6,954 nucleotides of DNA from Octopus sinensis (Eukaryota). Positions 6,781 to 6,954 of the stretch are shown here, in pieces. The translations under genes and the position numbers were made by a program. The notes under the pieces are model-generated. The model ran no database searches, was not told the DNA's origin, and was given only the letters and a program-made list of their open reading frames with translations. The stretch covers positions 1 to 6,954 of the forward strand of contig NW_021829008.1 in assembly GCF_006345805.1 (NCBI RefSeq). The letters are read 5' to 3'. Positions within the stretch are counted from its first letter, which is position 1; every line of letters begins with the position of its first letter.

Positions 6781-6954
6781 TGTAGATATGTAATTAACAA
6801 TATAAACACTAACATACTTGTTTCCATTTGAATAAATAGAAAAACAGCTCTCATAAACAAATAATCCATTTAAAAGAATTCTTTGTATAATTCAGTATGG
6901 CAAAAGAAATAAAAATGATTACAATATCAATAATTATGAAGTGTGAATTAAATT

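Noticed and set aside
4268-6869. Poly-Ile/Leu/Tyr/Asn ORFs that resemble transmembrane proteins or signal peptides
   Set aside because: They derive from (TAA)n/(GAT)n arrays plus SINE sequence.
6831-6913. AATAAA hexamers as poly(A) signals
   Set aside because: They are expected frequently in sequence this AT-rich, and no associated terminal exon is evident.

Overview
No protein-coding gene, RNA gene, CRISPR array or prokaryotic feature can be supported. The window is repeat-saturated eukaryotic non-coding DNA (intron or intergenic). It most likely comes from an octopus or related coleoid cephalopod, judged from the microsatellite density and my recognition of the SINE sequences (not database-verified). 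Nearly all supplied ORFs are artefacts of stop-free microsatellite frames. Layout: (i) 1-3390, di-/tetranucleotide microsatellites (TA, TG, GA, TATG, TCTA) with polypurine blocks; (ii) 3400-4270, a GC-richer island with an inverted (GGT)n...(ACC)n pair; (iii) 4273-4503, a compound trinucleotide array; (iv) 4500-4760, unique AT-rich DNA with a strong 3' splice-site signature at 4624; (v) 4760-5160, a full-length tRNA-derived SINE on +; (vi) 5260-6572, six head-to-tail copies of a second tRNA-derived SINE on -, interleaved with (TAA)n tails. The best leads concern SINE biology: a co-oriented cluster, three interchangeable 3' ends, a module shared by two families, CpG decay and a possible SINE-donated splice donor. 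I see no convincing evidence of a novel gene system.
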